Below, in pieces: positions 12,775 through 29,045 of a DNA stretch of 64,000 bases. The translations under genes and the position numbers were made by a program. The notes under the pieces are model-generated. The model ran no database searches, was not told where the DNA came from, and saw only the letters and a program-made list of their open reading frames with translations. Position 1 is the stretch's first letter, and each line of letters begins with the position of its first letter. The stretch comes from Eledone cirrhosa (Eukaryota), in the NCBI GenBank assembly GCA_964016885.1, contig OZ024741.1, positions 29,140,001 to 29,204,000 of the forward strand. Direction: 5' to 3'.

Positions 12775-13758
12775 TATTTCTTTTATTTGCCACTAGGGCA
12801 TCAAAAGTGGGACAAGTACAAAGGGGGGAGTTTACACAAAAAGGCGTCCTCAATAAGGAGGAGGCAATAACAAAATATAAAAATAAAATAAGATATAACA
12901 AAAAATAAAATTTTTAACAAAATCCTCAATAGAGAGGAGGCGCCTTGGGGGGTCGCACACACCCCCGAAAAAAGTGTGCAACCCTTCTCCTCAGGAGCAC
13001 AGAGAAGGGGTGCTCCCTTGGTCTTTCATCTTCCTCACCTATAGTCTGATGTAGAGTGAAGGCCCATTCACACGGGCCATTCTCGCCACTTTCACCCATC
13101 TTTCATAGAAACGGCTGGGGTGCAGCACCTCTCTCTCCATCCTGATCCTTCTTCCGAAATGATATCGGAAGAAACGGACCAGTTGTTGGCCAGAGAGAAA
13201 GGTGTCCGACCTCAGTCCTTTCAGACGCGTCCACCATACAACCTCTTTCGCCATGGCTATTACGCACAGAAACACCGCCTCTGCTTCATCTTTGAAGGGG
13301 GGAGGCGGCTTGATCATTACAATAGACTCGGTGGTCAACCGGATCGGTCCCACCCTTGACAGCAGTTGTTCGACATAGCCCCACAGATCGGCTACGCCCG
13401 AGCAGTGTACTAATGCGTGTGCAACGGTTTCCTCGTCGCACACGCATCTGGGACAGATCTTTTTGGCGGGGTCCCTACCCGGGCGCCCGTGTCTGTAGAG
13501 CCTTTCTCGAACGGGTAAAGCCCCTCGGTAGCACTGCCAGGCCAGGGACTTCTGGAAGTTGTCCATAGGTCCCGGGCTGAATGTCCTACCGAACAGGCTG
13601 GCCAGTTCGTCCTCCTCCATGTCTAGGGCTTCTCCGAGGGCGTCGTCGCACCTGCTGCGTACCAGCCCTCTATAGAATGTTGCGGTGGAGTCTTCACTGA
13701 TAACCGGATCCGCCTGCCAGAGGGCGGTGAGCGCCTGGGCACACTCAGTGTGCCAGGC
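12775..13758 (-). mobile_element. 5'-truncated sister copy of the Tx1-like element (ORF2 C-terminus + 3'UTR)
   Basis: ORF 13039-13620 is colinear with the first copy's C-terminus (MEEDELASLFGRTF..CPRC..ARVNGPSLY) and is uninterrupted. It has a closely matching 3' terminus, and the truncation point abuts (GATA)5 at 13759. Confidence 0.93.
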
Positions 13759-13824
13759 GATAGATAGATAGATAGATAGTTAGCTAGACATCTCTCTCTC
13801 TCGCTCTCCCATCCTCGCTCTCTC

Positions 13825-13953
<129 letters not shown>

Positions 13954-14391
13954 CGAGAGATAGATAGATAGATATCTCGCTAGAAAGATAGATATATTCA
14001 GGCAGGAATAAACGTGCTAAAAGACGTAATATATATTGTTTTTAGCTATTTACATTAAATGTATATGAGTAATTCTAATGACTGGGAGTATTGGCAATGT
14101 TGTGACATAACGAATGGTTTCCTATGGTAAAACAAGTGTCATATTTATGTTTAGATCTCTGTTGAGCTTCAGTTGTTGTCGTTAGTGAAAATATATGTAT
14201 ACTAAAATTGGTAGACATGCTTAAAGTTAAATTAGGTGACAGGAAACGTAATACTACACATATAGAGACACACACACATTCATATATATAAGTACATAGG
14301 TTTAAAAACACACACATTCATATATATATACTAATATAGAGGTACAAACACACACATTCATATATACAATAGAGGTACAGATTTACACACA

Positions 14392-14436
<45 letters not shown>

Positions 14437-14685
14437 TACAGATTCACACACATTCACATATATATATATAGAGGTACAGATTCACACACATTCATATATA
14501 TAAATACAGAGGTACAGACATATTCATATATACAAATATAGAGGTACAGACCCACACACACACATTCATATATAAATACAGAGTTATAAACACACACACA
14601 CATATATACATATACAGAGGTACAGACATACACATTCATATATATATATAAATACAGAGATACAAACATACACACATTCATATAC

Positions 14686-15080
14686 ACGAGGGTCGACTGA
14701 AAAGTTCATAGGCTGACCAAGATACTCTCACAGAATGATCAAATGAGGTTTACTTTTCAACATAGTCCCTGGAAGAAAACAATGCTGTTAGGGCGGTGGA
14801 TTGGCAGAATCGGTAGAGCGTCGGACAACATGCTTAGTGGCATAGAGTTGCGGCCCTTTACGTTCTGAGTTCAAATCCCGCCGATGTTAGCTTTGCCGAT
14901 AAAATAAAGTACCAGTAACGCACTGGGGTCGATTAAATCGACTTCCCACTTCCCTTCAAATTGCTGGCCTTGTGCCTAAAGTAGAAACAATTAATAAGAA
15001 GAGTTGAAATTAATGCACGCAAGATTTCACAGCTCTAGCTTCACTCTTTCATAGTCAGCCTTTCAGTTCACCCTTCTATA
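14686..15080. mobile_element. Tc1/mariner-type MITE interrupted by a SINE
   Basis: Left end CGAGGGTCGACTGAAAAGTTCATAGGCTGAC, right end GTCAGCCTTTCAGTTCACCCTT, TA context. An uninterrupted homolog lies at 50765-50957. Confidence 0.7.
14790..14992 (+). mobile_element. tRNA-derived SINE with Meta-like domain
   Basis: Boxes A and B, partly deleted Meta-like core, same 3' end as the other copies. Confidence 0.85.
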
Positions 15081-15349
15081 TACGTGTGTTAGAGCGTGGA
15101 ATTGTGTTCAGATTCTCTTCACTTTGCCGAATCCCGTTGAGATTCTCTTTGCTTTTCATTTTACCCGAATCTATAAAAAGTGTCAGTTCACTGCTGCTGT
15201 AGGGTCCACACTCTCGGGTATTCTGTTGAATCAAGGAAGGTGGGGGGGGGGGGGAAGGTTGTGTCTATATGCTCCAGACTGTATTGGTGCATAACATCCG
15301 TACCGAAAACAACGTATATACCTAGTCATATCCGGTTACAACTGATGGC

Positions 15350-15657
15350 CAGGCCTTTTACGATCTGGGTTCAAATCCCGCCGAGGTTAACTTTGCCTTT
15401 CATCCTTACGGAGTCAATAAAATAAAGTACCAGTAATGCACTGGGGTAATTGCTGGCCTTGTGCAATTATGTCGATTGGCAGTATCGGTAGAGCGTCAGA
15501 CACCATGCTTTGCAGCATAGAGTTATGGCTCTTTACGATCTGAGTTCAAATCCTGCCGAGGTTAATTTTACCTTTCATCCTTACGGGGTCGATAAAATAA
15601 AGTACCAGTAATGCACTGGAGTAATTGCTGACCTTGTGCCTATAGTAGAAACAATTA
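15350..15657 (+). mobile_element. Two tandem Meta-like SINEs (first one 5'-truncated)
   Basis: Two successive GTTCAAATCC..CCTTTCATCCTTACGG..TAAAATAAAGTACCAG units (15350-15470, 15474-15657). Confidence 0.85.
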
Positions 15658-15831
15658 CATACACACACACACACACACAAACACACATACACACACAAAC
15701 ACACACACAAACACACACACATATGTATATATATATAAATATTTATATGTATGTATACATATCTATATACATATACATATATAAAAATATATATATGTAT
15801 GTATACACGCACACAGACACACACACAGACA

Positions 15832-15868
<37 letters not shown>

Positions 15869-16157
15869 TTGTGTATATGTATATATAAAGTTAGTTGCAC
15901 AACAGTTAGCAAACCATCTTCGAGGAGAATGGTTTGCTAACCCATGTGGAACTAACTTTATACCGAACTCTTGCTATGGACTGAGTGCTCTACTAACTAC
16001 CGATATAACCTCCCAGTCTTCTACCACTATGTATATATATACACACATGCACATTTATATATAAATATACTTATTACACATATATATGTATAGACATTAC
16101 ATATAAACACTCACACTCAGATGTATACACACACACACACACACACATATATATGAC

Positions 16158-16333
16158 ATAATTGTTTCTACTTTTGGCACAAGGCCAGCAATTACCCAGT
16201 ACATTACTGGTACTTTATTTTATCGACCCCGTAAGGATGAAAGGCAAAGTTAACCTCGGCGGGATTTGAACTCAGAATGGCAAGGGCCGTAACTCTATGC
16301 GTCAAAGCATGGCGTCCAACCCTCTACCGATAC
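16158..16333 (-). mobile_element. tRNA-derived SINE with Meta-like domain
   Basis: Nearly identical to the copy at 5373-5557. Confidence 0.85.
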
Positions 16334-16442
16334 TTGACATAATGATGGTCGTAATGGCAATAAGGTTATTTAATGGTTACCGTAGAACACACGCACTCAC
16401 ACACAGATTGATGCAACACAACCCACACACACCTACACCTAC

Positions 16443-16500
<58 letters not shown>

Positions 16501-17113
16501 GTGTCTAGGTTCACGAGTATATATAATATATAGGTGTCTCTTTGACTATTACGTTAGTGTGTTAGTCACTATATAACACAATTCCCGCCATGTTTGCTAT
16601 ATTTGTCTGGTTTATTATAGTGAAACAGTTGCTGGTCGTATCAAACAAGCAAGCAATCAATAATTCATAGTGGTAAATTTACTTAAGCCCCAGATACCAT
16701 CTACATATTTTACCATCCATTTTATGCTACTTCTAGTGGGAATATAAGCTGAAATAATAATATTCCATCAGAACGCAAATGGTTCGACTGAGACCTTAAT
16801 TGATTAACGGCCTCTTAATAAATCATGTTTCTCAAATATTCTTACAGATTTAGCGGTGGCTCTAACATTGTAACTTTTGAATATCTTTCTACTTTAACTT
16901 ACAAATACACACGTACAAACTCACACGTACGCACACACAAACTTACACACGTACACACAGACACACACAGGCTCACGTACACATATACACACACATAAAC
17001 TGACACACAGACACATACACATACACACATACACACACACATATACACACAACATATAACATATATATGTATATGAGAGAAAGTGAGAGAAAGAAAGAGA
17101 GAAAGAAAGAGAA

Positions 17114-17201
<88 letters not shown>

Positions 17202-17202
<1 letters not shown>

Positions 17203-17342
17203 TGCGGTGCTGAGACAGAGGAGACCACTAATCATGGGAGTACTCAATACATGGGGATATATCGAGTGGGTATAGAAATATATAAAATCTCGACCGCGGC
17301 GCCAAGCTGAAACCGCTTGACGCCGCGGTCGGCATTTAAAAT
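17202..17342 (-). mobile_element. Small fold-back PLE-end module between (GA)n and (TC)n
   Basis: GC-rich hairpin GACCGCGGCGCCAAGC-N7-GCTTGACGCCGCGGTC, with a left tail reading CCACTC..GTATTGAGTACTC on the minus strand like the 47518/61878 family. Confidence 0.5.
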
Positions 17343-17994
17343 CTCTCTCTCTCTCTCCCTCTCACCCTCTCTCTCTCTCTCTCTCTATAATATATATATA
17401 TATGATTCGGGGATGGTTTACCATTACAAAACACCGAACTGGCCAGCTATCTCATAACAAAATCTAGCCTCTATTCTCTGTTTGTATTCGCCGTAATAGA
17501 ACTAATTTAGAACTAATTATAGAACTAATTTAGCAATCAACATCTGATGAAATAACCTAAGTCTTGCATCATGGTCGGATGATGAAACTTGGCATTTGAA
17601 ATACGTATAATGTTTTCGCAGAATCAAAACTTTAAAGAATGTTTTCAGTACGGCCTTCTAATGTATATATACATGTTTGTGCGCGTGTGTGTATTCGATT
17701 TAGCCATGTGGAAAGCAGGCTGATAGTGACTTCGAAGTTTTGCCGAAAGCAGCTCGTCCAAGAGCAAAGAAAAGGAATGATAACTAACTAAAATATTGGG
17801 TGAATCGAAAGGTGTTATATAGCAGTTATATGCAGAGGGTGGCAGGAACACCTCGATTACCGTTGGTTAGAATACTGTAGTTATCGAATTTATACGGTTT
17901 TGCTATCAAAATTCGAACACTTCGTAAAAAAATAAAAAAATAAGTCTTATTATTTCCTTGGTTTTTCTGATTTCTACTTTTTAGCTGTTGTCGA

Positions 17995-18480
<486 letters not shown>

Positions 18481-18519
18481 TATATATGTGTGTGTCCGCA
18501 TGTATCTGTGTGTTTCTAA

Positions 18520-18570
<51 letters not shown>

Positions 18571-18576
<6 letters not shown>

Positions 18577-18815
18577 CCTGTGTTTTTTTCCTATCTTTGG
18601 TTTGCTTTTATCCTTCTATGTTGTTTACTTGTCCCCCTCGCTTTACGCGATTTACTGGTCCCAATAACTTTTTTTAGTTATTGCTCGCACCAACCTGAGG
18701 TATATGATTTTTAATGCGATGAAATACCAATGATGGTTGGAAAATCACTGACGAAGGACTATTTTTATCATATGTAACCCATGTGCAACCACGCAGTATT
18801 CTTCTTTCTTCTAAT

Positions 18816-18866
<51 letters not shown>

Positions 18867-19017
18867 TAAAGTTAGTCCTTCATCAGTGATCTTCCAACCA
18901 TCATTGGTATTTCATCGCTTTAAAAAGCGATGAAATACCAATGATGGTTGGAAGATCACTGATGAAGGACTAACTTTATTCATATGTAACCCATTAGCAA
19001 CCACGCAGCATGTTTAT

Positions 19018-19021
<4 letters not shown>
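18571..19021 (+). mobile_element. Two copies of one element end: a direct copy (18571-18820) and a perfect ~124-bp palindrome + tail (18861-19021)
   Basis: Both share GCGATGAAATACCAATGATGGTTGGAA..CACTGAYGAAGGACTA..TATGTAACCCAT..GCAACCACGCAG. Palindrome centre is 18922-18923, with (TA)n between and around the copies. Confidence 0.7.
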
Positions 19022-19111
<90 letters not shown>

Positions 19112-19134
19112 TTGTGCTCTATGGTATGGAAATA

Positions 19135-19221
19135 GCTGTCTGAAGAGCTGATTCTTGATTCTTTTCATTGGAAATTCTCTGAATTTCCAATCTTTTGATG
19201 AGCGAAACCGTCGGTCACAGC
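19135..19221 (+). ncRNA. Type I hammerhead ribozyme (intact core)
   Basis: Stem I GCTGT/ACAGC, CTGAAGA, stem II GCT..AGC enclosing the hairpin TTGGAAATTC/GAATTTCCAA, GAAA, short stem III CCG-T-CGG, cleavage triplet GTC ending at 19216. Confidence 0.85.
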
Positions 19222-19399
19222 ACTAGAACGGGTGAATATTTAAATCGTATTTTAATTTATTTAATAGATTGTTTAATGTTTACTTGTTCCGCTCATTATT
19301 ATAGTTCTGGTATCTCAAATTAGTACCATTTAACAGCAACCGTTATAGACAGCATGTATATTTCCGTGGGTACTTAGTACCTACTGGAATATATATATA

Positions 19400-22013
19400 T
19401 GCAAAAGTTCTATTTAAATTGTTGGGATACAACAAGCAAATATTTTTATAATTGATATAAAGCACTCAACAAGTATTTGGAGTAAACATACGATATTAAC
19501 AAATGGAAACTATATTTATAAAACCATATTTATTTCATTATACATAATTCAAGGACACCAAGTTAAATTATGGTGTGCTTTCATCAGACAAAATATAATA
19601 TAGATCAGTTTTATAAATAAATATTGACATACCCTTAAAAAATGCAACCATTACTGTTGGAAGCTCCCGGATAGTGGAGTTGTTTACTTATATTATTATT
19701 ACTATTGGATATTTTTATTTTAAAAATAAGCCGTTGGGTTACAGAGAAAGAAAAAGAAGGAGAAGAGAAAAAGAGAGAAAGAGAGAAAATAGAGAGATAG
19801 AGAGACCAAAACGACAGAGAGAGAAAGATATATAGAGAGCGAGGAGGCAGAGAGAAGGGGAGAGAACGAAAACTCTAAGTCATATCTTGTTGAGTTAACT
19901 TAACAATTGAGATGAAATGAATAAATAAAATTAGAAATGTTAATAATCATGAATGGAATATACATATATAATATGAGAAATTAATCATTGTTTAAATATG
20001 ATTAGATGTTTAGTTAATAATTTAAAAATTGAGATCAATATATTAAAAACTGGAATCTATACATTAAGAAATCCATATATTGCTAGAGAACTACATATTA
20101 TATAACACGTATACACACGCAAAAATACATATAAATATATATACGCACTTATAAAATACATAACATATCTAACTACGTATATAATATATACACACAAAGC
20201 ATAAAGGATTCTTTAATTTAATTTAAGATATAGGAATCTTAAAAATGTTATAATTGTTAAGATATTAAATGAAATTTTATGTTATACACACTTTATGTTA
20301 TTAAACAAAATTTTTTTTATATAAGTTTTATAAGATTACCTGTTATGTATTTATGGCTGTTAATTATATGTCTATCTGTCAGGAATCATTGGGATAATCA
20401 CTATACATAAGTGCAATCAAATTGTATGGATATACACGCACATGCACATACACAATTCTCACATATACATATATATATATGTGTGTGTACCCTCAGCCAA
20501 TAGGTAGATACGCATCACGCATACATATACATACAGGCAGACATACATTCATAAAAACGCATAGAACATATGTACATGTATGTCAATACACACATATACA
20601 TATATACTCACATATAGAGAGAAGTATATATCAATACAGTACATAGTATAATTGAGTACATAAAATACAAAAGGATTATATTACAATTTGGAAATATAAT
20701 TATAAGTAATTTAACTTTAAAAGCAATACAATTTTAAAATATTATAGAATATTTTAAGTTATAATTTCAAAATAATAGTATGTTTAATAGATTTATGTAT
20801 AGAAATTTATCTTACGTATATTTAACTCAAAATTTTGAAAGGATAAACTTTCGAAAATAGGAGAAGCTATCAGAACAATAAGAAAACAATAACAAAATAA
20901 AAATAAGAAATAGGAAATATTTTCTCCATTCAAGAGCTCTCAATATATTTCTCTAGAATAGTTTATTATATTTATATTTATTTATATTTATGAAGAAAAG
21001 TTATTTTTACTTGAGTGTATAATCAGTCAAAAAAGATGAAGGAATCTAATGATTTATCGACAGGTTTCATATATTAAGATTAATTAATTAATTATATACT
21101 ACATTTTATATTTATATTTATATTTAAACGTTGAGTTTAATCTATGTCTGCAGCAACTGAATAAATTATTCCTTAAGTTCAGGGAACTTTTAGTCTTTAA
21201 TATAAAGAATATTTCCTCTATACAAAGATCGCAATTTTCTGAAGAGGAGTTAAAAGGAGTAGCTTTTGAAATAATATTCCAAATCAACGAATATTCAACG
21301 TTCTTTAGTTTTAGGTCCCATAATAGGCTAGATAGAGAAGTTGAAGATTTTTCGTTTGGATCTGTAAAATAACTTTTATGATTATTGAAGCGGGATTTAA
21401 ACTCTGTGGAAGTAGATCCGACATAATTAAATGAATTTAAATTAGTTTTTACATTACAATTATATACTACATTTTTAGCTAAGCAATTGTTATTTAACGG
21501 ACAGTTAGATTTACTTCTACAGTTACATTTATCAGATTGAATATTGCTTGGGTTATTATTGATATTTTGGTTAGGTTTTAAATTTCTATTATTAATTCTA
21601 TTAATATTTTGCGCTAAATTATTGGTGGAAGAATAAGTTAATTTTATAGTATGTCTATTCAAAATTAAGTAATATCTATGTGTTCTAGGGAAGTATTTGT
21701 CAAGAGCTTTAAAAAATAGTTTAGCAATAGAGGTTTTAATATTTAATGAGAACTGAGGAGCGAACTATAATATGTTCCTAGTTCTATTTCTTTTTCGGCT
21801 TTCGGAATTAATGTAAGGTTTTCTATTATAGTTGTTAAAATTGTTACCATAGTTAAAATTGTTACGATTATGGTTAGTTGTTACATTATTATTATTATCG
21901 ATGTATTTAATTTTATTTCTATACCCAGCTCTACCTAACGCTTCGTTGTAATAATGTGCTTTTTCATCAAATATATTCTTATTAGCTGAAATTCTCGAAA
22001 TTCGTTCTTGTAA

Positions 22014-22015
<2 letters not shown>
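19400..22015 (-). mobile_element. 5'-truncated Penelope-like element (Naiad-like): RT thumb, linker, GIY-YIG, ~1.7-kb AT-rich 3' region with hammerhead and tail
   Basis: RISRISANKNIFDEKAHYYNEAL, RNIL*FAPQFS, then ORF 21099-21662. Hammerhead-like motif at 19531-19595 (GAAA>GAAT). TA repeats at both ends. Confidence 0.85.
21099..21662 (-). CDS. GIY-YIG endonuclease domain of a Penelope-like element
   Basis: CNCRSKSNCPLNNNC, VVY..YVGST..FKSRFNNH, LSSLLWDLK, CDLCIEE, LN.R..CCRH. Confidence 0.9.
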   Translation of the reverse strand: MNRHTIKLTYSSTNNLAQNINRINNRNLKPNQNINNNPSNIQSDKCNCRSKSNCPLNNNCLAKNVVYNCNVKTNLNSFNYVGSTSTEFKSRFNNHKSYFTDPNEKSSTSLSSLLWDLKLKNVEYSLIWNIISKATPFNSSSENCDLCIEEIFFILKTKSSLNLRNNLFSCCRHRLNSTFKYKYKYKM

Positions 22016-22530
<515 letters not shown>

Positions 22531-22540
22531 TCTCTCTCTC

Positions 22541-22577
<37 letters not shown>

Positions 22578-22614
22578 TATATATATATATATTATATATT
22601 ATATATATATATAT

Positions 22615-22657
<43 letters not shown>

Positions 22658-22665
22658 ATATATAT

Positions 22666-22736
<71 letters not shown>

Positions 22737-22742
22737 AATATA

Positions 22743-22810
<68 letters not shown>

Positions 22811-22977
22811 GAGGTTATATTTAATTTGTTGGGATACAACAAGCAAAATATTTTTATAACTGATATAAAGCACTCAACAAATTATTGGAGTAAATATACT
22901 ATCCAGGAGATTCCAACCAGAATGGTTGCATTTTTTAAGGGTATGTCAATATTTATTTATAAAACTAACCTATATTA

Positions 22978-23043
22978 TATTTTATCTGATGAAAGCGCAC
23001 CATAGGTTGCTCTGGTGGCCCTTGAAATATGTATAATGAAATA
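22978..23043 (+). ncRNA. Type I hammerhead ribozyme in PLE-end module 22808-23087
   Basis: Stem I TATTTTAT/ATGAAATA, CTGATGA, stem II AAG..CACCA/TGGTG..CTT, GAAA, near-palindromic stem III TATGTA, ATA cleavage triplet. Confidence 0.75.
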
Positions 23044-23081
23044 AATATGGTTTTATAAATATAGTTTCCATTTGTTAATAT

Positions 23082-25540
<2,459 letters not shown>

Positions 25541-25562
25541 ATATATATGTATATATATATAT

Positions 25563-26670
25563 ACAATGTTATTAAATAAATGAAACTATATTTATAAAAC
25601 CATATACTATTATATATATTTCAAGGGTGCCAAAAACTTTGGTATGCTTTCATCAGATAAAATACAAAGAGTGTTTTATAAATGTTGACATAGCCAAGGA
25701 AACCATACCTTATCAGTTGAATTTTCCTTGGGTTGTGGGATTAGAGAACGGATTTTTCAAACTTATGGATGAATATGCAAATGAATATGTAAATAAGGTT
25801 GAGTTATATGATTGAAAAACCGTTATTTTAAACGCTATGGAAAGTTTAGATACATAATAATAAGAGAGAAAGAAAAAAGAAAATAGAAAAAGTAAAAAGA
25901 AGGAGAAGAAGGAAAAGGAAGACCACTTATATACGTTGATTTTGGGGAAATAAATTCGAATATTTACCTATATTATGTATATATTTATATGGAGAATTAT
26001 GTTTGTGAGTATTTATCTTATAATTTTGTAGTGGGTTAAATATATAAATATCTATATATAATTTAATAATAGCATATGTATTTTTATTAAAAAGATAATT
26101 TGCAATTATTAGTTGTTTATAATATGAGTTACGAGGGATGTTGATTTTGTGTTATATGTAGATAAATAAATAAATAGGTAGTTCAAGTTTTAGGTGGTTG
26201 TTCTTAATATGAGTTACGAAGGATGTTGGTTGATTTTGTATTTTATGTAAATAAATAGGTAGTTAAAATTATGAATTTATATATTTGTATAACTTGTTTC
26301 GCATTGAGAATGTTTTAAATTAACGGAGTTAGGTATAATGAGTTTATATGATTGAGAAGGAAAGATAACTCCAATTTTATTTATTAATCGATAAATTTTT
26401 TTAAGAGTTAGTGTGAGATTAATTAATTATTTAGTCGAAAGAAATATGAATGTTTAAACATCGTCTTGAATGTATTTTGTCTGATGAAAGCATACCAACG
26501 TTTTTGGTACCCTTGAGATATATATAATAGAATAAATATGGTTTTATAAATATAGTTTCCATTTATTTAATATCATTGAATATTTACTCCAGAAAATTGT
26601 CGAGTGCTCTGAATCAGTTATAAACATTTATATTTGTTGAATTTCCAACAAATTAAATATCCCTTCTGTT
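25563..26670 (+). mobile_element. Fold-back PLE-end insertion with a hammerhead-like motif in each arm
   Basis: Inverted arms 25564-25665 / 26470-26578 carry CTGATGAAAGCATACCAA..TTGGYACCCTTGARA. The tail 26579-26670 is homologous to 19400-19490 and 22808-22897. Confidence 0.75.
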
Positions 26671-26829
26671 TATATATATATACATATATATATTTATATT
26701 TATATATATATTGCTTTGTTTTCTAGTAATTCGTTACATTTTATAATCCATTATATTTGGTAAACTGTTTTTCGAAGTATTCGCAATTAAGGTTTACTTT
26801 TTATCCAAACCCTCAATTTATCATAATAA

Positions 26830-27900
26830 TTTTTAAACGACTGACTATTGCTTAGCGAAGAGCAGAAATCGCAAAGAAAAAATATGTAAAATTAGAATAA
26901 ATTAAGTAACTATAGTGAGCAAGCGAAACAGTAGTTTTACGAAAGCAAATATTGGCTGAGTTCACGCTATCGGCGAGTTAACAATACATAATATAATTCA
27001 GGACACAAAGCTTTGTAAAGAATAGTGACGTTTTCATTGATTTTCCTAACATAAACATAGAAACACAACGATAATTGAAATATAACATCATTTGTAATTT
27101 TGGTTCAAAGATTGCATTTAAAAGTATATCCTTGAAGTCAAATGACCACCAAAGTTTGTCCATCTTTTTCCAGCAGCTCAAAGTCAACAGAAAACAGAAA
27201 ATAAAACTGAAGGAAGAAGCTAACAAAAGATTTTACGAAAGTTCTGGATGGTTCAAAAGGATTAGAAAATCATCTGGGATTCATTGTATGTGTGGCTGAT
27301 TGTGCTGCAGCCAGATATTGTGCTGGAATGTTTGGAGAATGTAGTCATGTTGCTGAAAAATTTAGAAATGTCCATGAGATCGGATTGTTCTCGAAATTAT
27401 TTGGCAACGAATGAAAATTGTCAGTCAATGTTTAAAGTTGCGTATAATATTTTAACAGTTTTATTGATTGGAATTCGGCTAACAACTTCAAATCAAAGTC
27501 TATGTTGATCTATCGATCAGAAACCCCATATAGTCTTAGTTCATGTGTTCCCTACAAGTTTATTGGAAATCCAATAAAAATGCAGAATTTTCAAACGTTT
27601 TATTTGAAGGCTGGTTCAAAAATAATATCTCTCTGCGGCAGAAAGATTTTGTATGTCTATACATTTAGATTTTGAAATCATATACATTTTTGATATTGCT
27701 CTGGATCAACTACCTTCACTTGCTGACTTCAGTGAAAGTTTAAGTAATAAATTTTGCAACCGATTACAACAGCTCTGTTGTAGCCAAAAGGCCAAGCATT
27801 AAAAGTAACATCAAAGCTCTAATATGTACGCAAAACACTTGTCGATTTAAAGTTTAAAATCATACGATAATATATAAAGATCCGAATGTAGAAAGAGTGA
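26830..27900 (+). pseudogene. Decayed pogo/Tigger-type DDE transposase
   Basis: FYESSGWFKRIRKSSGI (CENP-B HTH), NVHEIGLF (~NxDETGLF), LTVLL, LIYRSETP, VYWKSNKNA, FDIALDQ (~LDNAPGH) and QPITTALL*PKGQ (~PPNTTSLIQPMDQ) in the right order across frames. Confidence 0.75.
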
Positions 27901-28237
27901 TGCAAACAAGAAAACAAGTTTAAATGCACTGAGCTAATATAGGGACATACACAAAATAAAACACGGAAACAACATCGCTGTTTCAATATTTGAGAAATGA
28001 ATAAAAATATTTAATTTCTTTGGCATATATTGATACAAGTCAATAAACATGGTAAACATAGAACTGCGTCTAGTTCATAAAATGTCTTTATTGAATAACT
28101 ATTTTCATAGTATTTTTTTCTGTAGGGCATCTCGTAAAAATAAAAAATAAAAAAAATAACAAAAAATATCAAAGTCGAGACATCAACCGCGTTTTTCCAT
28201 ATACTCGAAAGCTTCGAATTTACACTCACACACAAAC

Positions 28238-28324
<87 letters not shown>

Positions 28325-29045
28325 CATATATATGTATATATATATATATTGTGAGTGTTTTTGTTAGTGTCATGACTCAAGAAAACTATGAAAATACATG
28401 CTACCATAGGTTTCAAATTTCAACCAGCAAGGGACATAGATATTCTATGCCTGATAGTTTAGTTATCATTGAGCATTTCATATATGAGATCGCGACCCGA
28501 GGACGATTCTGGTAATTTATTTTATCGACCTCGCTAGGATGGCAGGCAAAGTCTAAAAAAATGAATATTAAAAACAATTCAAACAACAAATTCCCCCAAA
28601 GTAGAGATACCTCCGAGTTTCACTGATGGAGAAAGCCCCCAGAGCCTACAAGTGTCTCCTTCCAGACATTCTCCAATATTGTCGCAATGATAATCATTTC
28701 TTTTCCTTTTGTGAAGTTTCTCTAGCAATGGGTTTCTAGGTGCAGAGTGATAATTGACCTCAGATAAGTCCTTGATCTCAGAGGCTCAATATTTCGTGTA
28801 GGATTCTGGCAGTGCTAGTGAGAGTAGCAATTTAGGTACTGCCTATGAAGTCGGGTATCCCAAGGCTTTTGATGAAAGTCGTAAGGCGTTTAGGGTCAGT
28901 GTCTTGCATTCCAATGACGATTGGAACGACTTCTGTCACTACAGGATTATCAGTTCTAATGGCGCCTGCAAAGTCTATATACTTACTGATCTTTTACATT
29001 TCATTTTCAGCTCTATTGTGGTCTTGAAGGACCGAAATATCAATA

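Noticed and set aside
17538-17605. Hammerhead at CTGATGA..GAAAC
   Set aside because: No convincing stem I or II pairing and no NUH triplet.
18925-18975. Permuted hammerhead (GAAA before CTGATGA) in the palindrome
   Set aside because: Stems I and II cannot be formed. It is kept only as a fold-back module.
28560-28990. Possible decayed L1/Tx1 ORF2 3' end on the minus strand
   Set aside because: Only vague similarity, with no diagnostic motif recovered.
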